Under the pieces are notes generated by a model that saw only the letters and a list, made by a program, of their open reading frames with translations, had not been told where the DNA came from and searched no databases. 64,000 bases of DNA from Geopsychrobacteraceae bacterium (GTDB lineage: Bacteria; Desulfobacterota; Desulfuromonadia; Desulfuromonadales; Geopsychrobacteraceae): assembly GCA_963662315.1 (NCBI GenBank), contig OY759353.1, positions 2,752,001 through 2,816,000 on the forward strand. The letters run 5' to 3'. The translations under genes and the position numbers were made by a program. Positions within the stretch are counted from its first letter, which is position 1, and the number at the start of each line of letters is the position of its first letter. This document shows, piece by piece, positions 48,537 through 59,070 of the stretch.

Positions 48537-48630
48537 CTTTTCATTCTCCCCTCTTCTCCTAATTTAGGTCCTCTGCTCAGATGAAAATGAATAGACTATA
48601 CTGCCAATCTCTGACAGAAATCATATTTGT
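48531..48630 (-). repeat. 100-bp direct repeat (promoter/RBS/ATG unit), copy 2
   Basis: Aligns with 41695-41794; includes a TATAGT -10-like box on the minus strand. Confidence 0.85.
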
Positions 48631-48640
48631 AATGATTCTT

Positions 48641-48676
48641 AAAAAAAATGCCGGGCATCGACACTGATGCCCGGCA
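48641..48676 (-). terminator. Intrinsic terminator-like hairpin
   Basis: TGCCGGGCATC-N6-GATGCCCGGCA with an A8 run on its left (U-tract on the minus strand). Confidence 0.65.
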
Positions 48677-49003
48677 AATGAATGAAGATTCCTGGAAGAA
48701 ATATCTGAAGACGGAGCAACGTCTGGCAGATGCCCTGCACACTCTGTCAGCGAGTGTACAAGGATAGAACTCTTTCGTTATGCTTTTCGTTATATACCTA
48801 AATAATCTCGAAGTCAAATATTTAACTCCATAATTTTGAATGACTATTTTCCTTCTCTCTGAAAAAGTTATCCATCCCCCTGTTTTAAAGACGTTTTCTA
48901 TTGCCTTTTAACTATTGTTTCGGATACATATTCGCAGCTCATACCACCTGTGCCATCCCGGTACGTCTGATGAGCGTTATTCGTTCTCATGCGGAGGTCA
49001 TCT

Positions 49004-50419
49004 ATGGCCATTTCACCGGACTTCTCCCGGCAAGCCGCTTTAATCACCAGCAATCGCGAAGATTACAGCGAAATTTATCACGAGTTGGCCTTCCCTGACG
49101 CGACAGCGGTCAGCAACGCCACCCATCTACGTCAGCAATTGCTAAGTGACATTGCGTCAGGCGGTCACACCTGCAATGGTGGCACGAAGATTTACTCCGG
49201 GGAATTATCTCCCGGCTGCAAACTCTGTAGCGAAGGCAGCTGGTCGTGTCTGTTTATTAATGGCAGATGTAACCGCAGCTGTTTCTACTGCCCGACCAGC
49301 CAGGACGACATCGGCCTGCCAACCACCAACAATGTCACCTTTCGTTCTCCAGCGGATTATGTCGCCTACCTGGAACAGTTCCAGTTTCGTGGCATGAGCC
49401 TGTCCGGAGGCGAACCAACTCTGACTCCCGGACGCTGCCTGGCTTTTTTAAGCGCGGCCAAGAGAAAGCTGGGCAGCTCCCTGCACAGCTGGCTCTATAC
49501 CAATGGAAGTCTGATCAATGAAGAGTTATTGTTGAAGCTGCGCGATGCCGGGCTTGATGAAATCCGCTTTGACATTGGAGCCCTCGACTATGCCCTGGAT
49601 AAAGCCACGCTGGCGGTCGGGATTATTCCAACCGTCACGGTAGAAATTCCAGCGATTCCGGAAAAAATCGAGCTGCTGAAAGAAAGACTCCGGCAGATGG
49701 CGGATGCCGGAATCAAACACTTGAACCTGCATCAACTGCGTCTTACAAACTATAACTACAAACGCCTGAAAGGGCACCCCTACACCTATCTCCACGGCGA
49801 AAAAGTCACCGTGTTAGAGTCGGAATTAACCGCACTGGAACTGATCCGTCATGGGCTGAACAACAAGATCGAACTCCCGGTAAATTATTGCTCCTTTGTC
49901 TACAAACATCGCTACCAGCGCGCTGCGGCGCGCGGACGTGGTACGGATCTGTTTCAACAAAGATGGGAAACCAGGACAGCGGCAGGCTATATCCGCAACC
50001 TGCAGTTGCAGGGAAGTGCGGAACATATCAAGAAACAGGCTGGAATTCTGCAACAGGCCGATGCGACGCAAACCTCATGGCAGATCTCACGCAGCGGTGA
50101 ACAATTATTATTTGCGCCAGAACTGTCCGCGTTAATAGCGTGCGACACTTGTCAATTACAGGTGACTTACAGCGAAACACCAGTCCGGGACAGCCTGTCC
50201 TATCGCTATCCGTTTAAAGATATCAGGCTCCCCAGCGGTCGCAAGATATGCGCAGAGAAGATACCGGCCAAAGGGAAACTCCTTGAGCCCCCGGAAGCCC
50301 GCACCTATCTTAATTGGCTCGCAGCGTCTCAGGCCCCTGCTCTTGTTATGCACAATGAAACACTGGCAGAGCTTGCCGTTTTTGAACAACTCCCTCAGGG
50401 ACTGCAAAATTACTTTTAA
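49004..50419 (+). CDS. Radical SAM protein, uncharacterised (COG2108-like)
   Basis: LSPGCKLC, CNRSCFYC, SGGEP, WLYTNG, GLDEIRF, VTVEIPAIP; GGAGG RBS before ATG 49004. Confidence 0.85.
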   Translation: MAISPDFSRQAALITSNREDYSEIYHELAFPDATAVSNATHLRQQLLSDIASGGHTCNGGTKIYSGELSPGCKLCSEGSWSCLFINGRCNRSCFYCPTSQDDIGLPTTNNVTFRSPADYVAYLEQFQFRGMSLSGGEPTLTPGRCLAFLSAAKRKLGSSLHSWLYTNGSLINEELLLKLRDAGLDEIRFDIGALDYALDKATLAVGIIPTVTVEIPAIPEKIELLKERLRQMADAGIKHLNLHQLRLTNYNYKRLKGHPYTYLHGEKVTVLESELTALELIRHGLNNKIELPVNYCSFVYKHRYQRAAARGRGTDLFQQRWETRTAAGYIRNLQLQGSAEHIKKQAGILQQADATQTSWQISRSGEQLLFAPELSALIACDTCQLQVTYSETPVRDSLSYRYPFKDIRLPSGRKICAEKIPAKGKLLEPPEARTYLNWLAASQAPALVMHNETLAELAVFEQLPQGLQNYF

Positions 50420-50460
50420 AAAAAACGCCCTGCTTCAGATCACTGGAGCAGGGCGTTAAA
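50418..50460. terminator. Terminator between convergent radical SAM gene and pflA
   Basis: A-tract plus AACGCCCTGCTTCAG...CTGGAGCAGGGCGTT. Confidence 0.75.
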
Positions 50461-50477
50461 CATTGATTCAAAGATTC

Positions 50478-51233
50478 TTATTCTACCGTCAAACCATAGG
50501 ACCGAAACAACTCGGCGACCTTTTCCACCTCGTCAAGTGAAGGTTCCCGGGTCTCCGACAGACGATATGGAAGAGCATATTCCTCCCACTTCCATTCGCC
50601 CATTTTATGAAACGGCAGGACGTCGATCTTTTCCACGTTCCCCAGTTCGACGGCCCACTTTGCCAGCTTGTGCAGACAATGCCCGCGATCGTTAAGAACC
50701 GGAACAAGAACGTAGCGCAGAATCATCGGCTTCTTCTGCTCGGCCAGGTACTCGGCAAAAGCCAGGGTCTTAGCATTCGACTCACCGGTGATAATCTGAT
50801 GCATACTGGCATTGATGCTTTTGACATCAAGCAGAAACAGATCGGTCAGATCGATGGCCCGTTTGACCAGCGGCGTTAACGCCGCATGACCACTGGTGTC
50901 AACAACCCGGTGAATCCCCTCATCCCGGCAGAGTGTCAACAGGGCTTCCAGAAAGCGTGGCTGACTAAAGGGCTCGCCTCCGGAAAAGGTCACCCCACCA
51001 CCGGAAGCGCGCATAAAATTCTTATACTTACGGATCTCATCAAAGACGGCCCCGGCCGTGGTTGCTTCACCACCTTGAAAATCCCAGGTTTCCGGATTGT
51101 GACAGTACAGACAGCGCAACGGACAGCCCTGCATGAATGTCACAAAGCGCAGACCAGGCCCATCAACGGTACCACAGCTTTCATAGGCGCTGATGCGCCC
51201 TTGCACCAGACGCGCCTCTTCAATCGTCATCAT
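50478..51233 (-). CDS. pflA: Pyruvate formate-lyase activating enzyme
   Basis: GTVDGPGLRF, GCPLRCLYCHNPETW, GGVTFSGGEP, LPFHKMG. Confidence 0.96.
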   Translation of the reverse strand: MMTIEEARLVQGRISAYESCGTVDGPGLRFVTFMQGCPLRCLYCHNPETWDFQGGEATTAGAVFDEIRKYKNFMRASGGGVTFSGGEPFSQPRFLEALLTLCRDEGIHRVVDTSGHAALTPLVKRAIDLTDLFLLDVKSINASMHQIITGESNAKTLAFAEYLAEQKKPMILRYVLVPVLNDRGHCLHKLAKWAVELGNVEKIDVLPFHKMGEWKWEEYALPYRLSETREPSLDEVEKVAELFRSYGLTVE

Positions 51234-51246
51234 TTCTCTCTCACGT

Positions 51247-51300
51247 AAAAAAAGCCCCGCATCAACGGCTCCCGAACGGAAGAATCAGTCAATGCGGGGA
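51247..51300 (-). terminator. Terminator-like hairpin between pflB and pflA
   Basis: CCCCGCAU...AUGCGGGG long stem followed by U7 on the minus strand. Confidence 0.6.
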
Positions 51301-51385
51301 GCTTCAACATTACATTTAATATTAATAAAGCATTTCTATGACTCAGCAAATCCCTACCAAGGAAACGAGAATTTGCAGCCCCACC

Positions 51386-51529
51386 ATTTCTACTTCAGAA
51401 ACGAGCAATTTTTCCCAGGGTCAAGGAAATCAGAGCATGTGAGCGGAGGCGTAGTACGTTACGTCACACAATCACATGATCTGATTGACGCAGAGATGGG
51501 GCAAAAGGGCCGTTTCCGCGCAGAAATTA
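51386..51529. repeat. Dispersed repeat family B, copy 2
   Basis: CAAGGAAATCAG...GCGGAGGCGTAG..CGTTACGTCACACAA...GATTGACGCAGAGATGGGGCAAAAGGGCCGTTTCCG; imperfect terminal inverted repeats. Confidence 0.75.
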
Positions 51530-53761
51530 TAAACGCTCGTGGAACGTCCGCGAAATAACATCCAGCTGCTGTTCGCGGGTCAGACGCGTGAAGTTAACCG
51601 CGTACCCGGAAACGCGGATGGTCAGCTGCGGGTACAGTTCAGGGTGCTCCATCGCATCTTTGAGCAGGTTACAGTCAAAGACGTTGACATTGATATGATG
51701 TCCGGTTTCTGCAAAATAACCGTCCAGCAGTCCACTCAGGTTCTGTACCCGAACCTGCTCGGTCTTACCAAGAGCTTTCGGTACAATCGAGAATGTGTAG
51801 GAAATACCATCTTCTGAATGACTGTAGGGCAGTTTAGCAACAGACGCCATCGATGCCACGGAACCATTACGGTCACGACCGTGCATTGGGTTGGCACCAG
51901 GAGCAAACGGCTCGCCAGCTTTACGGCCGTCTGGAGTGTTCCCGGTTTTCTTTCCATAAACCACGTTGGAGGTGATGGTCAGAATCGACATGGTCTGCTC
52001 GGAATCACGATAAGACTTATGCTTGCGCAGCTCTTCCATAAAACCTTCAACCAAGCCACAGGCAATGCTGTCAACGCGATCATCATTGTTACCGTAGGCC
52101 GGATAGTCCCCTTCAATCACGTAATCGATCGCAAGACCGGAATCATCACGGACAACCTTGACTCTGGTGTGCTTCATCGCTGAAAAGGCATCGGCAACAA
52201 TCGACAGACCGGCAATGCCGCCGGCAAGAGTCCGATGAACTTTGGCATTGTGCAACGCCATCTGCAGGCGCTCGTAAGCGTACTTGTCATGCATGTAGTG
52301 AATGACATTGAGGGTGTTCACATACAGACCAGCCAACCAGGCCTGGGTCTGCTTGAACTTGGCCATGACCTCATCGAAATCAAGATATTCTGCTGTAATG
52401 GGCTCAGTTACCGGTCCGATCTGTTTGCCACTCTTTTCATCACGGCCGCCGTTAATCGCATAAAGCAATGCCTTGGCCAGGTTACAGCGGGCGCCGAAGA
52501 ACTGCATCTGCTTACCGATTGGCATCGCAGAAACGCAACAGGCAATGCCGTAATCATCACCAAACTTAGGGCGCATGAGATCATCGTTCTCATACTGGAT
52601 GGTACTGGTATCGATGGAAACCTTGGCACAGAAATTCTTGAAATTCTGCGGCAATTGTTCGGACCAGAGAACGGTAAGGTTCGGCTCCGGAGCAGGACCG
52701 ATATTATAAACCGTGTGCAGTAAACGCATGCTGGTTTTGGTGCACAGAGGACGTTCGTCTATACCGACACCACCAATACACTCAGTAACCCAGGTCGGAT
52801 CCCCGGAGAACAGTTCGTCATAAGCTGGAGTGCGCAGGAAACGGATCATACGCAGTTTCATAACGAAATGATCAATGAACTCCTGGGCATCGGTCTCATT
52901 AATCAGACCGGCCTTCAGGTCGCGCTCGATATAGATATCAAAGAAGGTCGACACACGACCCAGGGACATCGCCGCACCATTTTGCTCTTTGGTTGCCGCC
53001 AGATAAGCCAGATAGGTCCATTGAATCGCTTCCTGAGCTGTCTCGGCAGGACGCCCCAGATCAAAACCATAGAACGCCCCCATGGTCTTAAGCTCTTCTA
53101 GAGCACGCAGTTGTTCGGAAAATTCCTCACGCAGACGCATAATATCTTCGGTCATGGCAACCGCGTTGGTATCTGCTTTCTGCTGCTTTTTATCGGCGAT
53201 CAGGAAATCGACTCCATACAAGGCAACCCGCCGGTAGTCACCGATAATACGTCCACGCCCGTAAGCATCAGGCAGACCGGTCATAAGGCCGGCAGAGCGA
53301 GCTGCCAGCATTTCCGGGGTGTAAACATCAAAAACACCATCGTTATGCGTTTTACGATACTTGGTATAAAACTCATTGAGCTTTTCATCGAATTTAAAAC
53401 CGTAAGCTTCAAGCCCGGTTTCAACCATCCGGCGCCCGCCGTTCGGCATAATGGCCCGCTTCAAAGGAGCTTCGGTCTGCAGACCGACAATTTTTTCCAA
53501 GGGTTGATCAATATAGCCAGGAGCATGAGAAACGATGGTCGATGGCATGTCGCAATCGGCACCAAGAACACCTTTTTCACGCTCAATTTTGTTCAATTCC
53601 AATACATTATGCCACAAGGCGGCAGTCGCTTCGGTCGGAGCGGCCAGAAATTCTGCATCACCTGTGTAAGGGGTATAATTGGTTTGGATAAAATCCCGGA
53701 CATCTACAGCTTGTTTCCAGTTTTCACCCTGAAAACCATTCCATGCTTGTTCAAACGCCAT
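51527..53761 (-). CDS. pflB: Pyruvate formate-lyase (formate C-acetyltransferase)
   Basis: [23 protein letters not shown] Cys-Cys pair, RVSGYAV glycyl radical loop. Confidence 0.97.
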   Translation of the reverse strand: MAFEQAWNGFQGENWKQAVDVRDFIQTNYTPYTGDAEFLAAPTEATAALWHNVLELNKIEREKGVLGADCDMPSTIVSHAPGYIDQPLEKIVGLQTEAPLKRAIMPNGGRRMVETGLEAYGFKFDEKLNEFYTKYRKTHNDGVFDVYTPEMLAARSAGLMTGLPDAYGRGRIIGDYRRVALYGVDFLIADKKQQKADTNAVAMTEDIMRLREEFSEQLRALEELKTMGAFYGFDLGRPAETAQEAIQWTYLAYLAATKEQNGAAMSLGRVSTFFDIYIERDLKAGLINETDAQEFIDHFVMKLRMIRFLRTPAYDELFSGDPTWVTECIGGVGIDERPLCTKTSMRLLHTVYNIGPAPEPNLTVLWSEQLPQNFKNFCAKVSIDTSTIQYENDDLMRPKFGDDYGIACCVSAMPIGKQMQFFGARCNLAKALLYAINGGRDEKSGKQIGPVTEPITAEYLDFDEVMAKFKQTQAWLAGLYVNTLNVIHYMHDKYAYERLQMALHNAKVHRTLAGGIAGLSIVADAFSAMKHTRVKVVRDDSGLAIDYVIEGDYPAYGNNDDRVDSIACGLVEGFMEELRKHKSYRDSEQTMSILTITSNVVYGKKTGNTPDGRKAGEPFAPGANPMHGRDRNGSVASMASVAKLPYSHSEDGISYTFSIVPKALGKTEQVRVQNLSGLLDGYFAETGHHINVNVFDCNLLKDAMEHPELYPQLTIRVSGYAVNFTRLTREQQLDVISRTFHERL

Positions 53762-54189
53762 AACTTTAATTTATTCTCCTCTGGCTGTTCTGGCCCAAAA
53801 ACTGAATCAACCCTAACCAGCTAACCCAGTTTTCAGATTGTGCAAAAAAGACACTCAATGCTTTCTCAAAAAGCGGCCGGACTATAGCCGATTAAAACTT
53901 TCTCCGCAAGAGCAAGAATTGTATTTTCCCCTTTTTTTTCAATACAATAACTCACTTGAATACGGATTAAATCAAGGAAACAGAGTTTTGATTTTCAACA
54001 CAAAACTCAGGTTAAAATCCCTCCCTTTTAAGGCCATTTTTTTCTCACTTTAAACAAGCTGTTGAATTTCTCAATAATCCTAAATATCAGATAAAATCGG
54101 ACTTTCAGACAAGGATGTTCTACCAAAACCAACATTCTACTTATTTTGTAGAACACAGAATTATTTTTTACATTTTTTGCTTCGTTCTG

Positions 54190-54951
54190 TTACGCATCAC
54201 GATTTAACCACCAGTACAGTGCTCCGACTAAAAACCCGCCACCGACAATGTTACCAATGGTGACCCACAGCAGGTTATAGAGCATTCCCTGCACAGGAAC
54301 AGTAGAATTGGTCGCCAGCAAAGCCATGGAAAAGGTGCCCATATTGGCAATCGAGTGTTCAAACCCGAGAAACAGAAAGATAAAAATAATCAGCACAATG
54401 GAGGCAAATTTTGTGACCTCTTCTTTCAGGTGTAGCGCCACCCACACAGCCAGACAGACAATCCAGTTGGCCAGGATTCCTTTAAAAAACAGGATTCGGA
54501 TCGACTGTTCAACCTTATGTTCGGCACCGTTAAAAATAGCGTGGCTGGCCGGTAGTGCATCCAGGACACCGGCCCCCCATAACAATCCAGCGAACACAAA
54601 AGCTCCAAGCAGGTTCCCGACATAACACAGACTCCACAGTTTTGCCGTCTGTAGGCAGGTTGTCTCACCAAACAAGGTACCGCTGGTCATGTACATGGCA
54701 TTACTGGTGAAAAGCTCAGAACCCGTAACAATAATGATATAAAGACCAATACCAAAAAACATGGAGGCCAGAAAATTGCCAAACCCGGTGGCCGCCATCG
54801 AGTCTTTCAGCTGCCAGTATAAAAAGCAGATTAACGACAGGTATAACCCCGCCATCAGCGAACGTAGCAGGTAGGTCAGAGGCTGATTCTCAAGGAGTTT
54901 GATTTTCTTTTTTGCCGAAGCGATTGCGGTTGTGGTTGCCTGTTTTTCCAT
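54190..54951 (-). CDS. Formate/nitrite transporter (FocA-like)
   Basis: GSELFTSN, GILANWIVCLA, GFEHSIANM, GNIVGG. Confidence 0.93.
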   Translation of the reverse strand: MEKQATTTAIASAKKKIKLLENQPLTYLLRSLMAGLYLSLICFLYWQLKDSMAATGFGNFLASMFFGIGLYIIIVTGSELFTSNAMYMTSGTLFGETTCLQTAKLWSLCYVGNLLGAFVFAGLLWGAGVLDALPASHAIFNGAEHKVEQSIRILFFKGILANWIVCLAVWVALHLKEEVTKFASIVLIIFIFLFLGFEHSIANMGTFSMALLATNSTVPVQGMLYNLLWVTIGNIVGGGFLVGALYWWLNRDA

Positions 54952-55025
54952 TACTTTGTTCCTGTTCCTATCTCTGGATCTGATTAAATGTAGCGCCTCC
55001 GTAATAATATTAAGAGGAGCATTAT

Positions 55026-55144
55026 TGTTGCCAACGGGAAGTAAAATTTTTTGTCGTACTAGGAAATCAAACTGTTAGACGGAGGCGTAGCATGGCAGAT
55101 TGATGCAGTCACGACAGACGATGACCACTTCCCTATGGAAAAGT
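55026..55144. repeat. Dispersed repeat family B, degenerate copy 3
   Basis: AGGAAATCAA...CGGAGGCGTAG...CAGATTGATGCAG with GGGAAGT/ACTTCCC arms. Confidence 0.55.
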
Positions 55145-55384
55145 AAAATTTGGCCTTTTTAGCCTATGTTCTGCATTGAGACAAGCCCAGAATCGGCATC
55201 AAAGGCCAGAATCTTGATAAAACTGCACAAGAACCGTTAGCCGGCCAGAACAGCAGGATCTGTTACCGAAGCTGTGATTTGAGTATTAATCTGTTTAATT
55301 GGCCCTTTCGCTTATGCTAGAATCCTGCCAAGCAATGTCTTGAGCTGAAGCCATTTTATTAATCAGTTTCCCCCCGGAGGATAC

Positions 55385-56407
55385 ATGGTCGCTGAAGAGA
55401 TCGGTACAACATTAAGTCAGCATATTATTGCAACGCAGAGAAACTATCCGCAGGCAAGCGGTCGATTCACCAGGATCTTCAATGAAATGGCCACCTGCGG
55501 CAAAATCATTACCAGCTATGTCAGACGCGCAGGTATTATCGATATCACCGGAAAACGGGGTACCACCAATATCCAGGGGGAGGAACAAGCCAAACTCGAC
55601 GTCATTGCCCATAATATTTTTGTCAATCGTATTTTGGAAACCGGTCTGATTGCCGGGGTGAACTCTGAAGAAAGTGATGAGTTTATCGAAGCGGAAGAAA
55701 AATATTCGCGCAATGCCAATTATATTCTGGCAACCGATCCCCTGGATGGTTCCTCCAACATTGATGTCAATGTTTCGGTCGGCACCATATTCTCTCTGCT
55801 GAAGCGGAAATCACCCATCGGTGAACGCTGCACCAAAGAGGATTTTTTACAAGCGGGCGATGAACAGATCGCAGCGGGATATATTCTGTATGGTTCCAGT
55901 ACTATCTTTACCTATACATCAGGGCAAGGAGTTTATTGTTTTACCCTTGACCCGACAGTTGGTGAATATCTGCTTTCCCACTCAAGAATGACGATTGCCG
56001 AAACAGGTAACATCTACTCGGCCAATGAAGGGAATAAAAAATACTGGGATAAAGCAAACCAGCAACTGCTTGATTACTTTCAGGGCAATCATGTGGACAA
56101 TGAGAAGCCCTATGCCGGTCGCTACATTGGCTCTCTGATTGCCGACGTCCACCGCAACATCCTAAAAGGCGGAATTTACCTTTACCCACGGGCGACAAAA
56201 AATGGCACAACCGACAATGGTAAACTCCGGCTGCTTTACGAAGCCAATCCACTGGCTTTTGTGATTGAACAGGCTGGCGGTGCAGCCACCGATGGCAAGC
56301 GCAGGATCATGGAAATTCAACCGACAGATATTCATCAACGCGTTCCCTTGTACATCGGCAGTAAAAGAGAGGTCGAACTGGCTGGCCAGTTTATTGCGAC
56401 CTATTGA
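55385..56407 (+). CDS. fbp: Fructose-1,6-bisphosphatase class I
   Basis: NIQGEEQAKLD, SEE, DPLDGSSNIDVNVSVGTIF, RYIGSLIADVHR, GKLRLLYEANP. Confidence 0.96.
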   Translation: MVAEEIGTTLSQHIIATQRNYPQASGRFTRIFNEMATCGKIITSYVRRAGIIDITGKRGTTNIQGEEQAKLDVIAHNIFVNRILETGLIAGVNSEESDEFIEAEEKYSRNANYILATDPLDGSSNIDVNVSVGTIFSLLKRKSPIGERCTKEDFLQAGDEQIAAGYILYGSSTIFTYTSGQGVYCFTLDPTVGEYLLSHSRMTIAETGNIYSANEGNKKYWDKANQQLLDYFQGNHVDNEKPYAGRYIGSLIADVHRNILKGGIYLYPRATKNGTTDNGKLRLLYEANPLAFVIEQAGGAATDGKRRIMEIQPTDIHQRVPLYIGSKREVELAGQFIATY

Positions 56408-56562
56408 ACCTGGGACAACTATCTGAAATTGCTACCTGCCACCAGACAGGAAATGTTGCAGCCAGTCCAAAAAAATGGCATAACAACTACAGAGATATTG
56501 CCAAAGAAAACTTGATCCGCTAACGGAATATTTGCAACTCACCAAATCGAAAGAGGTCATTC

Positions 56563-56838
56563 ATGTATTACGTTATTCGTTGCGTCGATAAAGCCGACTC
56601 TTTACAGATCCGTCAGGATAACCGCCCGGCTCATATCGAGTATCTGAAAAGCAATCTTGATCTTCTTCACGCTGCCGGTCCGGTTCTGGATGCCGCAGAA
56701 CAGATGTGTGGATCCGTTATTATCCTTGATGTTGCCGATCTGGCTGCCGCCGAAGCGTTTGCCGCTGGCGACCCCTATGCCAAAGCCGGGCTGTTTGCCA
56801 GTGTCACTATCGACCGCTGGAACAAAGTCCTCCCCTAA
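56563..56838 (+). CDS. YciI family protein
   Basis: RPAHIEYL, AGP, GSVII, DPYAKAGLF. Confidence 0.92.
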   Translation: MYYVIRCVDKADSLQIRQDNRPAHIEYLKSNLDLLHAAGPVLDAAEQMCGSVIILDVADLAAAEAFAAGDPYAKAGLFASVTIDRWNKVLP

Positions 56839-56862
56839 CGGTCCCCAGGACAATGATTTCCG

Positions 56863-56886
56863 CAACGCCCTCAGCTGAGGGCGTTG
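56863..56886. terminator. Perfect 24-bp palindrome between convergent genes
   Basis: CAACGCCCTCAGCTGAGGGCGTTG. Confidence 0.65.
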
Positions 56887-56891
56887 TTTAT

Positions 56892-57284
56892 TTACAAGCT
56901 CTTGATATAGGCCTCTTTGCTCTCACCTGAAAAGTCTCGGAGACACCACTTCTGATCGCTCAATTGATGTCTGTACTCTGCCTTTAAAATATATGTTTCA
57001 GCTGTGATCTTAGCACCATCGTCACAACTGACCATGACCTGGCACCGTTCGTATAAATCTCCTTCGTAGATATCCAGGTTGACCAGATCCGCGCGGGAAA
57101 TCTCACTGTAGAGTAGGCCCGTTACCCGTTCACTTTCGGCTGGCACTATAGCCGGAAACATTTCTCCGGTAACTTTCCGGCACTTAAAACCCTCAAGCTG
57201 TGCAGCAATGCCGCGAAAGGTCCGCCCACACACCTGCTGCACAACATCCGGATCAAGCAGGGTTCCGTAGACAAAAAGCGTCAT
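56892..57284 (-). CDS. Gamma-glutamylcyclotransferase (AIG2-like) protein
   Basis: LFVYGTL, LDIYEGDLYER. Confidence 0.9.
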   Translation of the reverse strand: MTLFVYGTLLDPDVVQQVCGRTFRGIAAQLEGFKCRKVTGEMFPAIVPAESERVTGLLYSEISRADLVNLDIYEGDLYERCQVMVSCDDGAKITAETYILKAEYRHQLSDQKWCLRDFSGESKEAYIKSL

Positions 57285-57297
57285 CAGTTTTTGTTAC

Positions 57298-57801
57298 TCA
57301 CACGTCAATCCTGTCAGGCAATTCACCATCGGGAGCAAACCATTCATTATCGAGAAATTCACCCGTGGTAATCTGGCTGATGCGCCGCTTCAGGTATTTT
57401 CCTTCGGCGCTGACCGCAATACTGCCATCGGGTAAATACAATTCACCACTGCCCGCGAAACGCATGCCACTGTCACGCGTTATGCGAGCGACCGCTTTCA
57501 GTTCAACCCCCAATGGCACCGGCTTGCGGTACTTGACCTGCAGATCCATGGTCACCCCAAAGGTTTCCTCGTCATGATGAATCATAATCGCCCGGCCAAT
57601 CACCTCATCGAGCAGAGCAGCGGATACGCCACCATGAGCAATGCCAGGATAGCTCTGATGCTCTTCCCGAGGGGTAAAAACCGCGACCAATTCATTTTCT
57701 TCTGTTTCGTAAAAGCGGGTTTTTAAACCAAACTGATTTTCAATCCCGCACACCATGCAATAACGTGAAATATGCTGCCCCTTTAAAACCTTATGTGTCA
57801 T
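57298..57801 (-). CDS. PaaI family (hotdog) thioesterase
   Basis: CMVCGIENQFGL, HQSYPGIAHGGVSAALLDE, YRKPVP; start at ATG 57801. Confidence 0.9.
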   Translation of the reverse strand: MTHKVLKGQHISRYCMVCGIENQFGLKTRFYETEENELVAVFTPREEHQSYPGIAHGGVSAALLDEVIGRAIMIHHDEETFGVTMDLQVKYRKPVPLGVELKAVARITRDSGMRFAGSGELYLPDGSIAVSAEGKYLKRRISQITTGEFLDNEWFAPDGELPDRIDV

Positions 57802-58327
57802 TTCTTCCCTCAATTTAGAATTTATCTGCAAACCATTACGACCAAGACCGTTGCCACCCCCAGAAGGACAGCTTCAGTAAGAAATTGCGCAAAGGTATAC
57901 CTTAACAGAAAGTCTGGCGGTTGTTAAAAACAACTCTGCAAACAGAGACATTCCTGCCCCCAAAAGCTGTCCGTCAACCTTTATCCATGAGCGTTTCCAT
58001 CGGGCAGCGGCAATGCAACGAATAATCCTTTCGCTAAAAATAAATTATTATTTTAAATCCACATATGAAGAAAATAACAGCGTGACGATCTATAAGCAGA
58101 GAAACATAGGATGAATCATACAGAGCGACCACTCCAAATAGTATGAATTAATCCATCTTATTGATTTAAAATTCTTTTACAAAAACAAGACATCTTCATT
58201 TTAATTGTTCAGTGAACCTGATCCGATCTTGGCAGGACCAAATAGCACCCAGTAGGACAGCGCTGTTTTACGCCGAATCTTCGCCATTTTAAAACACTTT
58301 TTGTCTTCCTTTTCGGAATAAAAAAGT

Positions 58328-58355
58328 TTGACAAAAAGACCTCTCTCCGTTAAAA
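58328..58355 (+). promoter_or_regulatory. Putative sigma70 promoter of rnf operon
   Basis: TTGACA-N16-TAAAAA upstream of rnfA. Confidence 0.35.
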
Positions 58356-58407
58356 AAACGTGGTCTTACCATTATATTCATTTCCGATCGACTGGAGCAT
58401 AATTAAC

Positions 58408-58989
58408 ATGGTTTCTCTGCTACTCATTTTGATCAGTGCCGTTTTCGTGAACAACTTTGTTCTTGCCCGGTTCCTTGGAATCTGTCCGTTTCTTGGTGTT
58501 TCCAAAAAAGTTGAAACAGCCATCGGTATGGGAATGGCGGTTATTTTTGTCATGACTGTTGCCTCGGTCGTGACCTGGTTCATTCAGTACTTCATCCTGA
58601 CGCCCTTCGGTATTGATTACCTGCAGACAATCGCCTTCATCCTAGTCATTGCATCCCTGGTTCAGCTTGTCGAAATGGTCATCCAGAAAACAAGCCCGGT
58701 CCTTTACCAGTCCCTCGGCATCTTCCTGCCTCTGATTACGACCAACTGTGCCGTTCTCGGGGTCGCCGTTCTGAATATCCAAAAGACCTACACTTTCATC
58801 GAATCTCTGGTCTTTGCCGTGGGTGCCGGTATCGGCTTTACCCTTGCCATGGTGCTGTTTGCCGGCCTGCGCGAGCGTATTGAGTTGTGTCCGGTCCCCA
58901 AAAGCTTTCGTGGTACCGCCATTGCCATGGTCACGGCAGGCTTGCTGTCACTGGCATTCATGGGCTTTGCCGGCCTGGTTAAAGGTTAA
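58408..58989 (+). CDS. rnfA: Rnf complex subunit A
   Basis: [35 protein letters not shown]. Confidence 0.95.
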   Translation: MVSLLLILISAVFVNNFVLARFLGICPFLGVSKKVETAIGMGMAVIFVMTVASVVTWFIQYFILTPFGIDYLQTIAFILVIASLVQLVEMVIQKTSPVLYQSLGIFLPLITTNCAVLGVAVLNIQKTYTFIESLVFAVGAGIGFTLAMVLFAGLRERIELCPVPKSFRGTAIAMVTAGLLSLAFMGFAGLVKG

Positions 58990-59070
58990 CTTAATTTATC
59001 ATCCTTATACATGCAGACTCCGTCCGTTACTTACGTGTGCGGAGGACTGCGGTTTGTTTGAGAGGAATTC

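Noticed and set aside
53838..53856. Rex-like half site TTGTGCAAAAAAGACAC upstream of pflB
   Set aside because: Right arm is too degenerate to call
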